Shown in pieces: positions 1 through 9,767 of a stretch of 64,000 nt of DNA. This stretch comes from an uncultured Acidimicrobiales bacterium. Lineage in GTDB: Bacteria; Actinomycetota; Acidimicrobiia; Acidimicrobiales; SZUA-35. Numbering within the stretch: the first letter of the stretch is position 1; each line of letters begins with the position of its first letter. Made by a program: the position numbers and the translations under genes. The notes below the pieces were generated by a model. It was not told the DNA's origin. It made no database searches and worked only from the letters and a program-made list of their open reading frames with translations. The stretch lies in contig CAVOQQ010000006.1 in NCBI GenBank assembly GCA_963698395.1, forward strand, positions 482,098 through 546,097, in the 5' to 3' direction.

Positions 1-781
1 CGTGGGCGAAGATGACGACGCCGCGAGTGTGCTCTGGCACCGTCAGGTGGCCGCAGAGACGGACCTGGCGAATGTGCAGATCCACTTCGTCGTCTCGGGG
101 GCGAGGCTCGCCATCGACCCCCGGCGTTGCTGCCTGCTCGACCATGCGCAGACGGTTCGCCTGTTCCAGGAGGTCGATCACCTCGCCGTCGGTGGTCTGT
201 GAGAAGTCCCGGTAGAACTCTCCGACACCGTGGAAGTGTCGGGGCAGTTTGACCGTGATCATCTCGTCGGCGATGCCGGCCAGTCGGAACTTCCAATCGG
301 AGGGGGCGACCGGAACGGCGAGCACCACCCGTTTGGCGCCACGAGCACGCACGATCTGGCATGCGGCGATGGCCGACGAACCGGTGGCGACACCGTCGTC
401 CACGACGATCACGACCTTGCCCTCGAGCGGTACCGACGCGCCGGCGGAGCGGTACAACGCCGCCCGACGCTCGAGTTCGGCTCGTTCACGAGCCTCGACC
501 TGCGCCAGCTCGTCGGCGCTGGTCTGGGTCCGGTCGATGATGTCCTCGTTCAGTGTGCGAACGCCGTTCTCGCCGATTGCTCCCATCGCCAGCTCGGGCT
601 GGAAGGGGACGCCGAGTTTGCGGACGACGATGACGTCGAGCGGGACACGGAGCGCCGCAGCGACCTCCGCAGCGACGGGCACACCACCCCGAGGCAAGCC
701 GACCACGACGACGTCATCGCCGCGTAGATGGTGCAGCAGCTGGGCGAGCTGCTTCCCGGCATCGGTCCGATCATCGAACAT
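1..781 (-). CDS. Phosphoribosyltransferase-domain protein continuing into a dienelactone-hydrolase-like domain; 3' end runs off the window
   Basis: Not in the ORF track because it is open to the window edge. My minus-strand translation from ATG 781-779 reads MFDDRTDAGKQLAQLLHHLRGDDVVVVGLPRGGVPVAAEV... (PRTase-type VGLPRGG). The stretches I translated (781-661 and 241-2) contain no stop, and the frame ends ...DEVDLHIRQVRLCGHLTVPEHTRGVVIFAH at position 2. AAGGAGAG lies 4 nt upstream of the ATG. Confidence 0.75.
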   Translation of the reverse strand, partial: MFDDRTDAGKQLAQLLHHLRGDDVVVVGLPRGGVPVAAEVAAALRVPLDVIVVRKLGVPFQPELAMGAIGENGVRTLNEDIIDRTQTSADELAQVEARERAELERRAALYRSAGASVPLEGKVVIVVDDGVATGSSAIAACQIVRARGAKRVVLAVPVAPSDWKFRLAGIADEMITVKLPRHFHGVGEFYRDFSQTTDGEVIDLLEQANRLRMVEQAATPGVDGEPRPRDDEVDLHIRQVRLCGHLTVPEHTRGVVIFAH

Positions 782-929
782 CGAGCTCTCCTTTGTACTT
801 CTCCCCATGGTCGCGGCACCCGCCCCGACGCCCTAGAGGCCAACGTCATTCGAGTCGGGAGCGGCCGACGACCCGTGGCGGCGCGATGATCCAGCTCTCG
901 TCGACGGTGACATCGCCTTGGCTGGGCCG

Positions 930-1940
930 TCAGATCGGTCGGCCCCACGTTCGGGCTCGAAGGTCGGTGGCGATCTCGTCGAGTGCACTCACGACCATCA
1001 TCGTGTCGTCGAGGGCCTCGTCGTCGATGAATCGGCGGACTTCGTCGGCCTTGGCTTGGTCGCCCACGTCTCGCAGGTAGGCAGCGGCGATTCGGTCGAG
1101 GTGCTCGAGGATCGTCGAGGAGAACGCCGTTGCGTCTTGCTGTGACGTATCGCCGATCAAGACCACGTGAGCGTTCGGTGCAGCGTCGAGGATGGTGGCG
1201 ATCCCGCTCACCTTGTGGGCACCGTGTGCGCTCGCGAACGTCGAACGGTTCAACCCCATGTCGCGCAACAGGAGCGGGCCGACGGGAAAGCCATGGTGAT
1301 CCATGAAGGCCGTGAGGAAGTCGAAGAGGTTCCACGGACTGCTCGAAACGTAGAACACCGGACAGGGAGGACCGGCCGGATCGCCGATCGTGGTGAGCTG
1401 TCGGTAGAGCTCGGGGGCACCCTCGATCGGCAGGCGTGTGAGATGCGAGCCGGCCATCGTCTGCAGCACCGTGCGAGCCACGTTGCCGGCGCCATTGCTC
1501 AAGATCGTGTCGTCGATATCGGAGATGACGAGCCGTGTCGTCGACTGGTCGACGACGAGCGACGGCAATGTCCAGATCGAGTCGTCGTCGCGGTCGGGAA
1601 GTGAGCCGTGAGCATGGACCCAGCTGCCACTGCGCAGGGTCGGATCATCGATCTCGATGACCGCTTCGAAGTAACCCTCGGCGTCGGTGACGACGTCGCT
1701 TTGCCGATCGCCGATCTCGATCAGTACCGGCTCGTCGGCGATCTGTCGGGTGACGAAACGCTCGGCCATGCGGAGAACGGCCCGAGCGGAGTGTTCCCCC
1801 GGTTCGGCGGTCGAGATCTCGGGATTGGCGAGCACACGGCCGGCGAAGCGCAGCGCCGAGGGTGGCCCGAAGGCTCGGTACGGGTCGATACGCGCCGGCC
1901 CACGTCGGGTGATTCGGTTGATCACGTCGGCGACCACCAC
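930..1940 (-). CDS. App1-family phosphatidate phosphatase-like protein (DUF2183)
   Basis: 336-aa ORF with a HAD-type DxDxT motif (VISDIDDTILSN), plus FYVSSSPWNLF and VLIGDTSQQD blocks typical of the App1/DUF2183 catalytic domain. The start at 1940 is GTG. Confidence 0.7.
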   Translation of the reverse strand: MVVADVINRITRRGPARIDPYRAFGPPSALRFAGRVLANPEISTAEPGEHSARAVLRMAERFVTRQIADEPVLIEIGDRQSDVVTDAEGYFEAVIEIDDPTLRSGSWVHAHGSLPDRDDDSIWTLPSLVVDQSTTRLVISDIDDTILSNGAGNVARTVLQTMAGSHLTRLPIEGAPELYRQLTTIGDPAGPPCPVFYVSSSPWNLFDFLTAFMDHHGFPVGPLLLRDMGLNRSTFASAHGAHKVSGIATILDAAPNAHVVLIGDTSQQDATAFSSTILEHLDRIAAAYLRDVGDQAKADEVRRFIDDEALDDTMMVVSALDEIATDLRARTWGRPI

Positions 1941-2046
1941 GTCAACCTATGCGGCTGGACGCTCCACCAGCACGCGTCGGGCCAGACGCGCTAGACCATG
2001 GCCAGGACCGGTGACGACGTCGCCGAAGATCGAGGAGCAGCACCAC

Positions 2047-2808
2047 ATGGAGATTCCAGGAGTCAAGGCCATTTTGATCGGTGGAGCATCGGGGTTCGCC
2101 CGAGCGACGGCGGAACGCATCGCGGCGGGCGGCGGCGGCGTGGCCATCCTCGATCGTGAAGGGTCGGCCGGCCCCGAGGTCGCAGCCGAACTCGGCGGCA
2201 CCTGGCATCCGTGCAACGTGCTCGATTTCGAAGGCATCGAAATCGTGATCAACGAGGCCGTCGAGGCGCTCGGTGGCCTCCACGTGGCGGTGAACACCGC
2301 TGGTGGTGGCAAGGCCGGTCGCACCCTCAGTCGGAGTGGCCCGTATTCGCTCGACGACTTCCGGGCGACGATCGATCTCAACCTCATCGGCACCTTCAAC
2401 ACGAACCGGCTGTGTGCCGCGCACATGGCCGAGAACGAACCCAACGAAGACGGCGAGCGAGGCGTGCTGATCAACACCGCGTCGATCGCCGCCTTCGAAG
2501 GCCAGATCGGTCAGGTCGCCTACACCGCCGCCAAGGCAGGCATCGCCGGCATGACCCTCACGATGGCTCGGGACCTCGGATCGCTCGGCATTCGCGTGAA
2601 CACGATCGCCCCGAGTCTGTTCGCCACGGGACTGACCGCCGGTGTCACCGAGGAACGGGCACAGAACCTGACCAAGGATGCAGCGTTCCCACGACGCCTC
2701 GGCCGCCCCGATGAGTACGCCCGTCTCGCGATCGCCATGATCGAAAACCCCATGCTCAACGGCGACACGATACGACTCGACGCCGGCACCCGATTCGCAC
2801 CGAAGTAG
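2047..2808 (+). CDS. Short-chain dehydrogenase/reductase (3-hydroxyacyl-CoA dehydrogenase type-2-like)
   Basis: Internal ATG at 2047 (MEIPGVKAILIGGASGFARA) is preceded by GAGGAG. It carries the Rossmann motif GGASGxA and the catalytic YTAAK. The 5' 120 codons of the track ORF (1687..) are Arg/Ser-rich and antisense to the App1-like gene. Confidence 0.85.
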   Translation: MEIPGVKAILIGGASGFARATAERIAAGGGGVAILDREGSAGPEVAAELGGTWHPCNVLDFEGIEIVINEAVEALGGLHVAVNTAGGGKAGRTLSRSGPYSLDDFRATIDLNLIGTFNTNRLCAAHMAENEPNEDGERGVLINTASIAAFEGQIGQVAYTAAKAGIAGMTLTMARDLGSLGIRVNTIAPSLFATGLTAGVTEERAQNLTKDAAFPRRLGRPDEYARLAIAMIENPMLNGDTIRLDAGTRFAPK

Positions 2809-2862
2809 GACCCGACCGGTCCCGGTCTACGCAGACGCCACACGGTCGCTAGCGTCGTTCGA

Positions 2863-3903
2863 GTGACCAATGCATCTGGCCCGCCGTTCATCCTCGGAGA
2901 CCTCACAACGGCCTGTGGCGACAGTCCAGGGCTGTTCTGTGAGGCGATGTACAACTGGACCGGCAGCGAGGCGCTGGCCGAGGTCGTCGACTGGCTTCTC
3001 GATCGCCCCCTTCGCATCGCGTTCATCGTCATGGTGGCTTGGTTGGTCTCGAGGATCGTCGCTCGGTCGATCTCGCGTTTCGTCGAAGGTCTGATTCGTC
3101 CCGCACCCGACGTCGAGCCCACGGAGGACGCCGGTCGGCTCGAGCGCAGCGTTGAGAAACTGCGCTACCTCGGCGACCGGCAGGCCAGGGTACGTCAGCG
3201 TGCGGTCACGCTCGGGGCCGTCCTGCGCAGCGTCGCCGGCGCCGCCATCTGGTTCATCGCCTTCCTCTTGGTCCTCGGCGAGCTCGACATCAACCTGGCG
3301 CCGCTCATTGCCGGCGCCGGGATCGCCGGCGTCGCCATTGGGTTCGGCGCTCAGTCCCTGGTTCGCGACTTCCTGGCCGGCATCTTCATCATCATCGAGG
3401 ACCAATACGGCGTCGGCGACATCGTCGATGTCGGCGAGGCGACCGGCGTCATCGAAGAAGTGACCCTGCGAACCACGCGCCTACGCGATGTGGCCGGCGT
3501 GCTCTGGGTGGTACCCAACGGCGAGATCCGGCGGGTCGGCAACTCGTCGCAGCTGTGGTCGAAGTCGCTGCTCGACATCGAGGTTGCGTATGACACCGAC
3601 GTCGATCACGCCACCACGGTGATCAAGGGTGTGCTCGACCAGCTGTGGCACGACGACCTGGCCGAAGCCACCATCATCGAGGAACCGACCGTGCTCGGGT
3701 TGGAGTCGTTCGGTGCCGATGCGATCGTGATCCGAGCGGTGGTCAAGACCGAGCCGTCGGAGCAGTTCGCCGTTGCCCGAGAGGTTCGGGCGCGACTGAA
3801 GAAGGCCTTCGACGCCGAGGGAATCGAGATTCCGTTCCCGCAGCGAACGGTGTGGTTGAAGAACGAAGACGGTTCGTCGAGTTCTGCCGACCAGTCATCG
3901 TGA
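2863..3903 (+). CDS. MscS-family mechanosensitive ion channel
   Basis: 346 aa with N-terminal TM helices, then the MscS beta-domain signature GDIVDVGEATGVIEEVTLRTTRLRDVAGVLWVVPNGEI. GTG start. Confidence 0.85.
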   Translation: MTNASGPPFILGDLTTACGDSPGLFCEAMYNWTGSEALAEVVDWLLDRPLRIAFIVMVAWLVSRIVARSISRFVEGLIRPAPDVEPTEDAGRLERSVEKLRYLGDRQARVRQRAVTLGAVLRSVAGAAIWFIAFLLVLGELDINLAPLIAGAGIAGVAIGFGAQSLVRDFLAGIFIIIEDQYGVGDIVDVGEATGVIEEVTLRTTRLRDVAGVLWVVPNGEIRRVGNSSQLWSKSLLDIEVAYDTDVDHATTVIKGVLDQLWHDDLAEATIIEEPTVLGLESFGADAIVIRAVVKTEPSEQFAVAREVRARLKKAFDAEGIEIPFPQRTVWLKNEDGSSSSADQSS

Positions 3904-4024
3904 GCGTGGTGTCGCTGCGCCGTACCCCCTGGTGACACGATGACCGTGTTCCCACGAGAGAATCCCGTCCGGAATTGGTCTAGCGTCGTCGTCGACCGTG
4001 CTGTGCGCCTTGATGGAGGGAACC

Positions 4025-4723
4025 ATGAGCGATTCACGAACCGGTGTTGGACGAGCGACGTCGCAAGACAGCGACGGCGACGGCTTGACCGATGCCGATG
4101 AACAACGAATCGGTAGCGACCCGAACAACGTCGATTCTGACGGTGATGGGATCAAAGACGGCGAGGAACGCCGAACGGGTACGGATCCGACCTCGGCTGA
4201 TACCGACGGCGACGGCATCGCCGACGGTGCCGAGTCTCGCTTCGGAACCGATCCGACGGCCGCCGATACCGACGGCGACGGAGTGGCCGACGGTGCCGAA
4301 GTCTCGGCCGGCTCCGATCCTCTCGATGGGAGCGACCAGATCAACTTCGGGAGTGGCAATGTTGTTTCCGATGCCAATGTTTCGACCGACAGCGGCGTGA
4401 CGGCGAGCGGTGATGTCGAGGTCGACGAGGATTTCGGACAGGGAGCGACGACCGTATCGAGTCCTGTACCCAGCGCAATCGACACCGATGGTGATGGACT
4501 CCTCGACGAGGAGGAGCTCAAATTCGGAACCGATCCGATGTCGGCAGACACCGATGGTGACGGACTCGGCGATGCCGACGAGTTGCGGGCCGGCACCGAT
4601 CCGAACGATTTCGACACCGACGGTGATGGCGTCACGGACTACGCCGAACTCAAGTTGGGAACCGATCCCAACGACGCCGACGACACTCCTGATCACGACA
4701 TGCTCGAGGACTTGATGGACTGA
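4025..4723 (+). CDS. Acidic thrombospondin type-3-like (DxDxDG) calcium-binding repeat protein
   Basis: Seven 22-aa units of the form D(S/T)DGDGxxDxxExxxG(T/S)DPxxx. ATG 4025 is preceded by GGAGGG; the track start at 3998 is in the same frame. No signal peptide or TM segment. Confidence 0.7.
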   Translation: MSDSRTGVGRATSQDSDGDGLTDADEQRIGSDPNNVDSDGDGIKDGEERRTGTDPTSADTDGDGIADGAESRFGTDPTAADTDGDGVADGAEVSAGSDPLDGSDQINFGSGNVVSDANVSTDSGVTASGDVEVDEDFGQGATTVSSPVPSAIDTDGDGLLDEEELKFGTDPMSADTDGDGLGDADELRAGTDPNDFDTDGDGVTDYAELKLGTDPNDADDTPDHDMLEDLMD

Positions 4724-4797
4724 GAGCGGTCAAGTGCGTGGTCAGGGCTCGCCACCTGGTCGGCGTGGCCGTCAGCCGGTGCACGCCCATTCGATGA

Positions 4798-5553
4798 TTA
4801 CATGCCGGTCCACTCCGGGGCCCGCTTCTGGGCGAAGGCAGCCGGGCCTTCCTTGGCGTCGTCCGAGGTGAACACCGACTGCTGGAGTGGCGTCTGGACG
4901 GCGTAGAACTCTTCTTCGGAGACGTCGACGGCGGTCCAGATGAGCTTCTTCGATGCCTTGACGCCGAGTGGCGCGTTCTTGGCGATCGTCTCGGCCAGTT
5001 CGACGGCCGCTTCGAGTGCCTCGCCCTTGGGGGCAACTCGGGACACCAGGCCGCTCTGGAGCGCGACGTCGGCCTTGATCGGCTCGGCCGTGAGCGCCAT
5101 CTCCATGGCCCGGCCGAAGCCGACCCGGGAGGGGAGACGTTGGAGGCCGCCGCCGGCGGCGAAGAGCCCGACCTTGACCTCGGGGATGCCGAACGAGGCG
5201 TTCTCGGCGGCGACCAGGAGATCGCAGGTGAGTGCGAGTTCGAGTCCGCCGGCGAGTGCGAATCCTTCGATGGCGCCGATGAGGGGTTTCTCGGAGCCCT
5301 GGCGGATGAACTGCATCATGGGACCGATGTCTTCGCCGGCTGCGAAGGCCTTGAGGTCCATGCCGGCGCAGAAGCCACGACCGTTGCCGGTGAGGACGCC
5401 GGCGGTCAGTGTGTCGTCACCGTCCAGTTCGGCGATGGCGGCGACGAGCCCGGCCGACAGCGCGCCGTTGATCGAGTTCATGGCATCGGGCCGGTTGAGC
5501 GTGATGATCAGCACGCGGTCGCGGCGCTCGGTCAGGACAGCATCGTCGGACAT
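4798..5553 (-). CDS. Enoyl-CoA hydratase/isomerase (crotonase family)
   Basis: 251 aa with crotonase motifs FCAGMDLK and GAIEGFALAGGLELALTCD. AGGAGA lies upstream of ATG 5553. Confidence 0.9.
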   Translation of the reverse strand: MSDDAVLTERRDRVLIITLNRPDAMNSINGALSAGLVAAIAELDGDDTLTAGVLTGNGRGFCAGMDLKAFAAGEDIGPMMQFIRQGSEKPLIGAIEGFALAGGLELALTCDLLVAAENASFGIPEVKVGLFAAGGGLQRLPSRVGFGRAMEMALTAEPIKADVALQSGLVSRVAPKGEALEAAVELAETIAKNAPLGVKASKKLIWTAVDVSEEEFYAVQTPLQQSVFTSDDAKEGPAAFAQKRAPEWTGM

Positions 5554-5676
5554 GGGTTCTTCTCCTGGTGTGGGCGGTGATCGGTCGAATGACCGTGGTG
5601 AGGCGAACGAGAAGCGACGGTAAGGACTCGAGCGGGAAGGTTCAAGTCCGTCGATGTGCGAGGAGGTCTGCCGGTA

Positions 5677-6243
5677 TCAGTTGCCGAACGTCACGTGCGG
5701 CGGTTCGCTCTGTCCGTCGGGAGCTCGATAGAACGACCGCTTGCCGACGTTGGCGATGCCGGAGAAGAACATCCAGGGGACGGTGATCACCAGTTTGTTG
5801 AGGGTGGCGACGGCATCGTTGTAGTACTGGCGGGCGAACGAGATCTGGTTCTCGGTGTCGGCCAGTTGGCGTTGGAGATCGAGGAAGTTCGTGTTGGCCT
5901 TCAGGTCGGGGTAGGCCTCGGCCACGGCGTTCACGTTGACGAGCGCGCTCTCGAGCTGCGCATCGGCTGCCGCCTTGGCCTCGACGTCGTCGCCCTGTGC
6001 CGCGGCCTGGAGGCGGGCTCGGGCTCGGGTGACCTCGTCGAGCACACCCTGCTCGTGACTGGCATAGCCCTTGACCGTCTCGACGAGGTTGGGGATCAGG
6101 TCGGCCCGTCGAGTCAGCTGGACGTCGATGCCACCCAAGGCCTCCTGAGCGCTGACGTCGGCCCGACGGAGGCGGTTGAAGCCGCTGATGCCGAAGGCCA
6201 CGAGGGCGATCAACAGCACGATGATGATGAGGAAGTAGATCAT
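5677..6243 (-). CDS. lemA: LemA family membrane protein
   Basis: Internal ATG 6243 (MIYFLIIIVLLIALVAFGISGFNRL) gives an N-terminal TM helix followed by the LemA body (...RRADLIPNLVETVKGYASHE...FARQYYND). The upstream part of the track ORF is low-complexity. Confidence 0.85.
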   Translation of the reverse strand: MIYFLIIIVLLIALVAFGISGFNRLRRADVSAQEALGGIDVQLTRRADLIPNLVETVKGYASHEQGVLDEVTRARARLQAAAQGDDVEAKAAADAQLESALVNVNAVAEAYPDLKANTNFLDLQRQLADTENQISFARQYYNDAVATLNKLVITVPWMFFSGIANVGKRSFYRAPDGQSEPPHVTFGN

Positions 6244-6331
6244 GAGCGGTGTTCCTTGGTTGCTTGCTGGTGGTGCACGGGGTGGATTGCTGTTCGAACG
6301 GGCGTCGCGATGAGCAGAAGGGGGAGTCGCT

Positions 6332-8080
6332 TCACCATGAGCCGCCTCCGCCTCCGCCGCCGCCGCCGCCTCCGGAGAAGCCGCCGCCGCTGCTCGAGCT
6401 GCGTTGGGTGGCTTCATACGAAGAGATGGCGCTGTCGAGGGTCGAGCGGAAGTCGCGAACCATCGAGTCGACGAACCGGCTGGAGGTCATGCCGACGTGG
6501 CCGGGTCCGAAGTAGATCGGCAGCGGGGGTTCGGTCCCCATCTCGGTGCGATACTTGTCGGCCCACTCGTCGGCACATCCGAAGGCAACGGCCCACGGCA
6601 GGTAGGCCAGGTAGAGCTCCTGGCGCCCGGCGAAGTCGAAGCGCTCCTTGCTCGATGGGGTGGACAACACGCGCTGGAATCCGCCGATTCGAGACCACAG
6701 GTCTCGTCCCTTCGTCGTGCGGATCGTTGCGGCGCCGGGGAAGACCAGCGAGATGGCACCGGCCACGAATCCGCCGGGGATCAGTCCCGTGATCGACATC
6801 GAGAACGGGTTCCACGCACCGAGAACGACCGTGAGCCCGGCGGCGATGATCACGAGCGGAATTCCGAGGTCGCCGAGACCCGCCTTCGCCAAGTTCCCCG
6901 ATTGGAGCGCCCAGTTCCTCACATCGCCTTCGAAGCGTGAGATCTCGGACTGGAGTCGCTTGCCACCATCGACGTCCTTCTTCGCCGCCGTGAAGGCTCC
7001 GCCGCCGAGGAGGTGGCTGGTGCCCTGGGTGATGGCATCGACCTCGGCCCAGGCCGACGGATCGTTGCGGTCGATGATCGTCCAACCATCGTCGTTGCGT
7101 TGCAGGTCGATCGCTCGCTTCTCTGCTGCGTGCATCAGCGTCCCGACGTAGGCGTCTTCACGATTGGTTTCGTGCAGGATGTAGGAAGCCTGTGCGGGTC
7201 CGATGCCGTCGGGCGGGCCGTACATGAGCGGGAACGGAGGGGTCGCCTCCACCGAGCGCCGAGCCGCCTTCAACCCCAGTGCGCTGGTGCCGGCGGTGAG
7301 CAGTGCGACCAGCACCAGGAGCACGGGGTGACTTCCGAGCACCGGGTCGAAACGCGCCGCCCACGGCAGCGCATTGCCCGTTGGTGGCTTCTCGATCGCG
7401 AGCCCGGTGCGCAGCGTGATCGGTGTGTTGGGCGGGAGGTCGGAGGCGACGATGGTCAGATCGGTGGTGCCTGCGCCGGTGAGATCACAGGCCGGCGGCT
7501 CGCTGCCGACGCCGACACCGCACTGCACCGCCTCGGCGTCGGCGGGGAGGTGCACCGTGAGGGTTGCCGACTCGATCCGCTGGGCCCATCCACCGGGGAT
7601 CAGGTTCCAGTAGAACGCCGAAGGTCGGATGCCTTCGCCATCGATGATGACGCCGTCGATCGAGTAGCGGATCTCGTAGGTGTGGATGCCGGGGGTGACG
7701 TACACATCGGGCGAGCCGATCCGGGCGACGGTGTAGCGGCCTCGGTCTTGGCTCGACCGTTCGACCTCGACGGGCCCGCCGTCCATCGTGATCTCGATGT
7801 CGTCGACCTCGCGACGAGCGCGTTGGTCGTTGGTGTCGTAGCGGTCCCAGAAGCGAAAGATGCCGCGTCGTGGCACGTTCGACGGGAACTCGACGCTGAT
7901 CGTCTCGATGACCTCGAGGTCGCCGTTCACATCGAGGTCGAAGTCGGCGACGTACGAGGTGATCGTGGTCGGATCGGCGACGGATCCGGAAGGGTTGGAG
8001 CTGGTGGGGATGATGCCGGGGAGGAACAGTCCGAACGTGATGACGACCAGGCCGAGCAGACACGCCACCAGTCGTTTCAT
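6332..8080 (-). CDS. DUF2207-domain membrane protein with C-terminal poly-Gly tail
   Basis: 582 aa with an N-terminal signal/TM (MKRLVACLLGLVVITFGLF), an extracytoplasmic domain, several TM helices and the tail SSSSGGGFSGGGGGGGGGGGSW. It sits immediately upstream of lemA, the usual pairing. Confidence 0.8.
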   Translation of the reverse strand: MKRLVACLLGLVVITFGLFLPGIIPTSSNPSGSVADPTTITSYVADFDLDVNGDLEVIETISVEFPSNVPRRGIFRFWDRYDTNDQRARREVDDIEITMDGGPVEVERSSQDRGRYTVARIGSPDVYVTPGIHTYEIRYSIDGVIIDGEGIRPSAFYWNLIPGGWAQRIESATLTVHLPADAEAVQCGVGVGSEPPACDLTGAGTTDLTIVASDLPPNTPITLRTGLAIEKPPTGNALPWAARFDPVLGSHPVLLVLVALLTAGTSALGLKAARRSVEATPPFPLMYGPPDGIGPAQASYILHETNREDAYVGTLMHAAEKRAIDLQRNDDGWTIIDRNDPSAWAEVDAITQGTSHLLGGGAFTAAKKDVDGGKRLQSEISRFEGDVRNWALQSGNLAKAGLGDLGIPLVIIAAGLTVVLGAWNPFSMSITGLIPGGFVAGAISLVFPGAATIRTTKGRDLWSRIGGFQRVLSTPSSKERFDFAGRQELYLAYLPWAVAFGCADEWADKYRTEMGTEPPLPIYFGPGHVGMTSSRFVDSMVRDFRSTLDSAISSYEATQRSSSSGGGFSGGGGGGGGGGGSW

Positions 8081-8209
8081 GGCCTGAGCCTACGCGAAGG
8101 GGTCGACACCCTGCTCAACAGCAGCTCAACACCAGATCCATCGCCGGAGTCACGACGAGGTGGTCGAGCCGTTTTCGCCCGCACGACGACGAGCTGGCAG
8201 GCTGACGCC

Positions 8210-9748
8210 GTGGCCACTGACACGACGCAGTCCGGATTGACCCGTTCACAGACGCACCGGATCTTCTTCGGGATGCTGGTTTCGACGTTCCTGTCGTCGC
8301 TCGACGGTACGGCGGTGTCGACCGCGCTGCCGACGATCGCCGGCGATCTCGGCGGTATCGATCAGCTCCCGTGGGTGCTCACCGCCTACCTGCTCGGGTC
8401 GGTTGCGGCCACGCCGCTCTACGGAAAGCTCAGCGATCTGTATGGTCGCCGGGCGCTGACCGAGGCGGCGCTGGCGATCTTCATCATCACGTCGGCCATG
8501 GCCGCGGCTTCCCAGACCATGTGGCAGCTCATCGTGTCTCGTGGTCTGCAGGGCATCGGTGGCGGAGGCTTGATGGCCATGGGTTTCATCGTGATCGGCG
8601 ACATCTTCTCGCCCCGAGAGCGTGGCCGCTACATGGCGTACTACACGATGAACTTCACGTTCGCGGCCATTGTGGGGCCGGTCATCGGTGGTGTCTTCGT
8701 CGAGGTGGCCTCGTGGCGATGGATCTTCCTCATCAACCTCCCATTGGGCGCACTTGCGCTGATGATCATCCACCGCAACCTGACGTTCCGTCTCCCGGTA
8801 CGGGAGCACCGGCTCGATCTCATCGGTGCCACGGTGCTGGTGGTCGCCGTGACGGCACTCATCCTCGGACTGGCTCTGGGGGGCGAGACCTATCCGTGGA
8901 CGTCGGCCCGAGTCATCGGACTGCTCGTCGTGGCCTCGGTGGGCGCCGTTGCGTTCGTGTTCTGGGAGCGGCGGGCGCCCGAACCCATCCTGCCGATGCG
9001 ATTGTTCTCCAATCCCACCTTCGCCATCCTCATCGCCGGCAATGCGATCTATGGGCTCGCCGCCATGGGTGTCCTCGCCTTCTTCCCGCTCTTCTTCCAG
9101 GTTTCGCTGGGCGAGTCCCCGACCAGGGCAGGGCTGATCCTCGCGTCCATGAGCATCTTCGTCACCATCGGTTCCTACACCGCAGGTCGCATCACCACCG
9201 GGACAGGCCGCTACCGCCGGCTGCTCCTGGCCGCGCCCGCCCTGTCGCTGATCGCGCTGATCGCCTTCACCTTCCTCGACGTCGACAGCCGGGCCATCAC
9301 CGCCATTCCGTTCCTTGCCATGCTCGGCGCATCGATGGGAACCGCATTCCCCACGATGACCACGGCCACCCAGAACTCGTTGGCGCTTCCCGATCTCGGA
9401 GCCGGCACCGCCGCGATCAACTTCTTTCGCACGCTCGGGCAAACGATCGGCGTCGGGGCGTTCGGTGCGCTGCTGACCGGCCGAATCAGCAGCGAACTGG
9501 CGAGAACCGAGGCCGGCATCGATCCGGGCGAACTCCTGTCGACCCCCGAGAACATCAAGGCGCTCGACCCTGCGCTGCGAAGCGCCGTCGAGTCGGCCGT
9601 GGCGGTCGCCAGCCACTCGGTCTTCGTCGCTGCCGTACCGATCATGGCCGTCTTCGCCGTCGCCGTGTGGTTCCTGCCCGAACTCGAGCTGCGCACCACC
9701 ACGGCGCTCTCAGCACAAGACCAAACCCCCGAACCGGCCGAGAGCTGA
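8210..9748 (+). CDS. MFS transporter, DHA2 (EmrB/QacA-like, 14-TMS) drug:H+ antiporter family
   Basis: Coding character begins near GTG 8210 (VATDTTQSGLTRSQTHRIFFGMLVSTFLSSLDGTAVSTALPTIAGDLGG). Many hydrophobic segments follow. The 5' 399 codons of the 911-aa track ORF are antisense to the DUF2207 gene. Confidence 0.8.
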   Translation: MATDTTQSGLTRSQTHRIFFGMLVSTFLSSLDGTAVSTALPTIAGDLGGIDQLPWVLTAYLLGSVAATPLYGKLSDLYGRRALTEAALAIFIITSAMAAASQTMWQLIVSRGLQGIGGGGLMAMGFIVIGDIFSPRERGRYMAYYTMNFTFAAIVGPVIGGVFVEVASWRWIFLINLPLGALALMIIHRNLTFRLPVREHRLDLIGATVLVVAVTALILGLALGGETYPWTSARVIGLLVVASVGAVAFVFWERRAPEPILPMRLFSNPTFAILIAGNAIYGLAAMGVLAFFPLFFQVSLGESPTRAGLILASMSIFVTIGSYTAGRITTGTGRYRRLLLAAPALSLIALIAFTFLDVDSRAITAIPFLAMLGASMGTAFPTMTTATQNSLALPDLGAGTAAINFFRTLGQTIGVGAFGALLTGRISSELARTEAGIDPGELLSTPENIKALDPALRSAVESAVAVASHSVFVAAVPIMAVFAVAVWFLPELELRTTTALSAQDQTPEPAES

Positions 9749-9767
9749 GTCGATCGCGATGACGCGG

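Noticed and set aside
6343-6395. GCC/GGC-rich simple-sequence stretch
   Set aside because: It is the coding sequence of the poly-Gly C-terminal tail typical of DUF2207 proteins, not an independent repeat feature.
5656-6792. 378-aa plus-strand ORF and similar long ORFs (for example 16189..17790-, 16404..17978+, 48658..50178-, 49257..51011+, 52863..54311-, 40415..42040-, 35520..36800-, 62370..63920+)
   Set aside because: Each overlaps, on the opposite strand or in another frame, a gene with clear family motifs and proper GC3 bias. Their translations are dominated by R/G/P/A/H runs. I regard them as non-coding.
7013-8209. 5' 399 codons of the 911-aa plus-strand ORF (7013..9748)
   Set aside because: It is antisense to the DUF2207 gene and the sequence is Arg/Gly/Asp-rich noise. 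MFS transporter similarity starts at about 8210.
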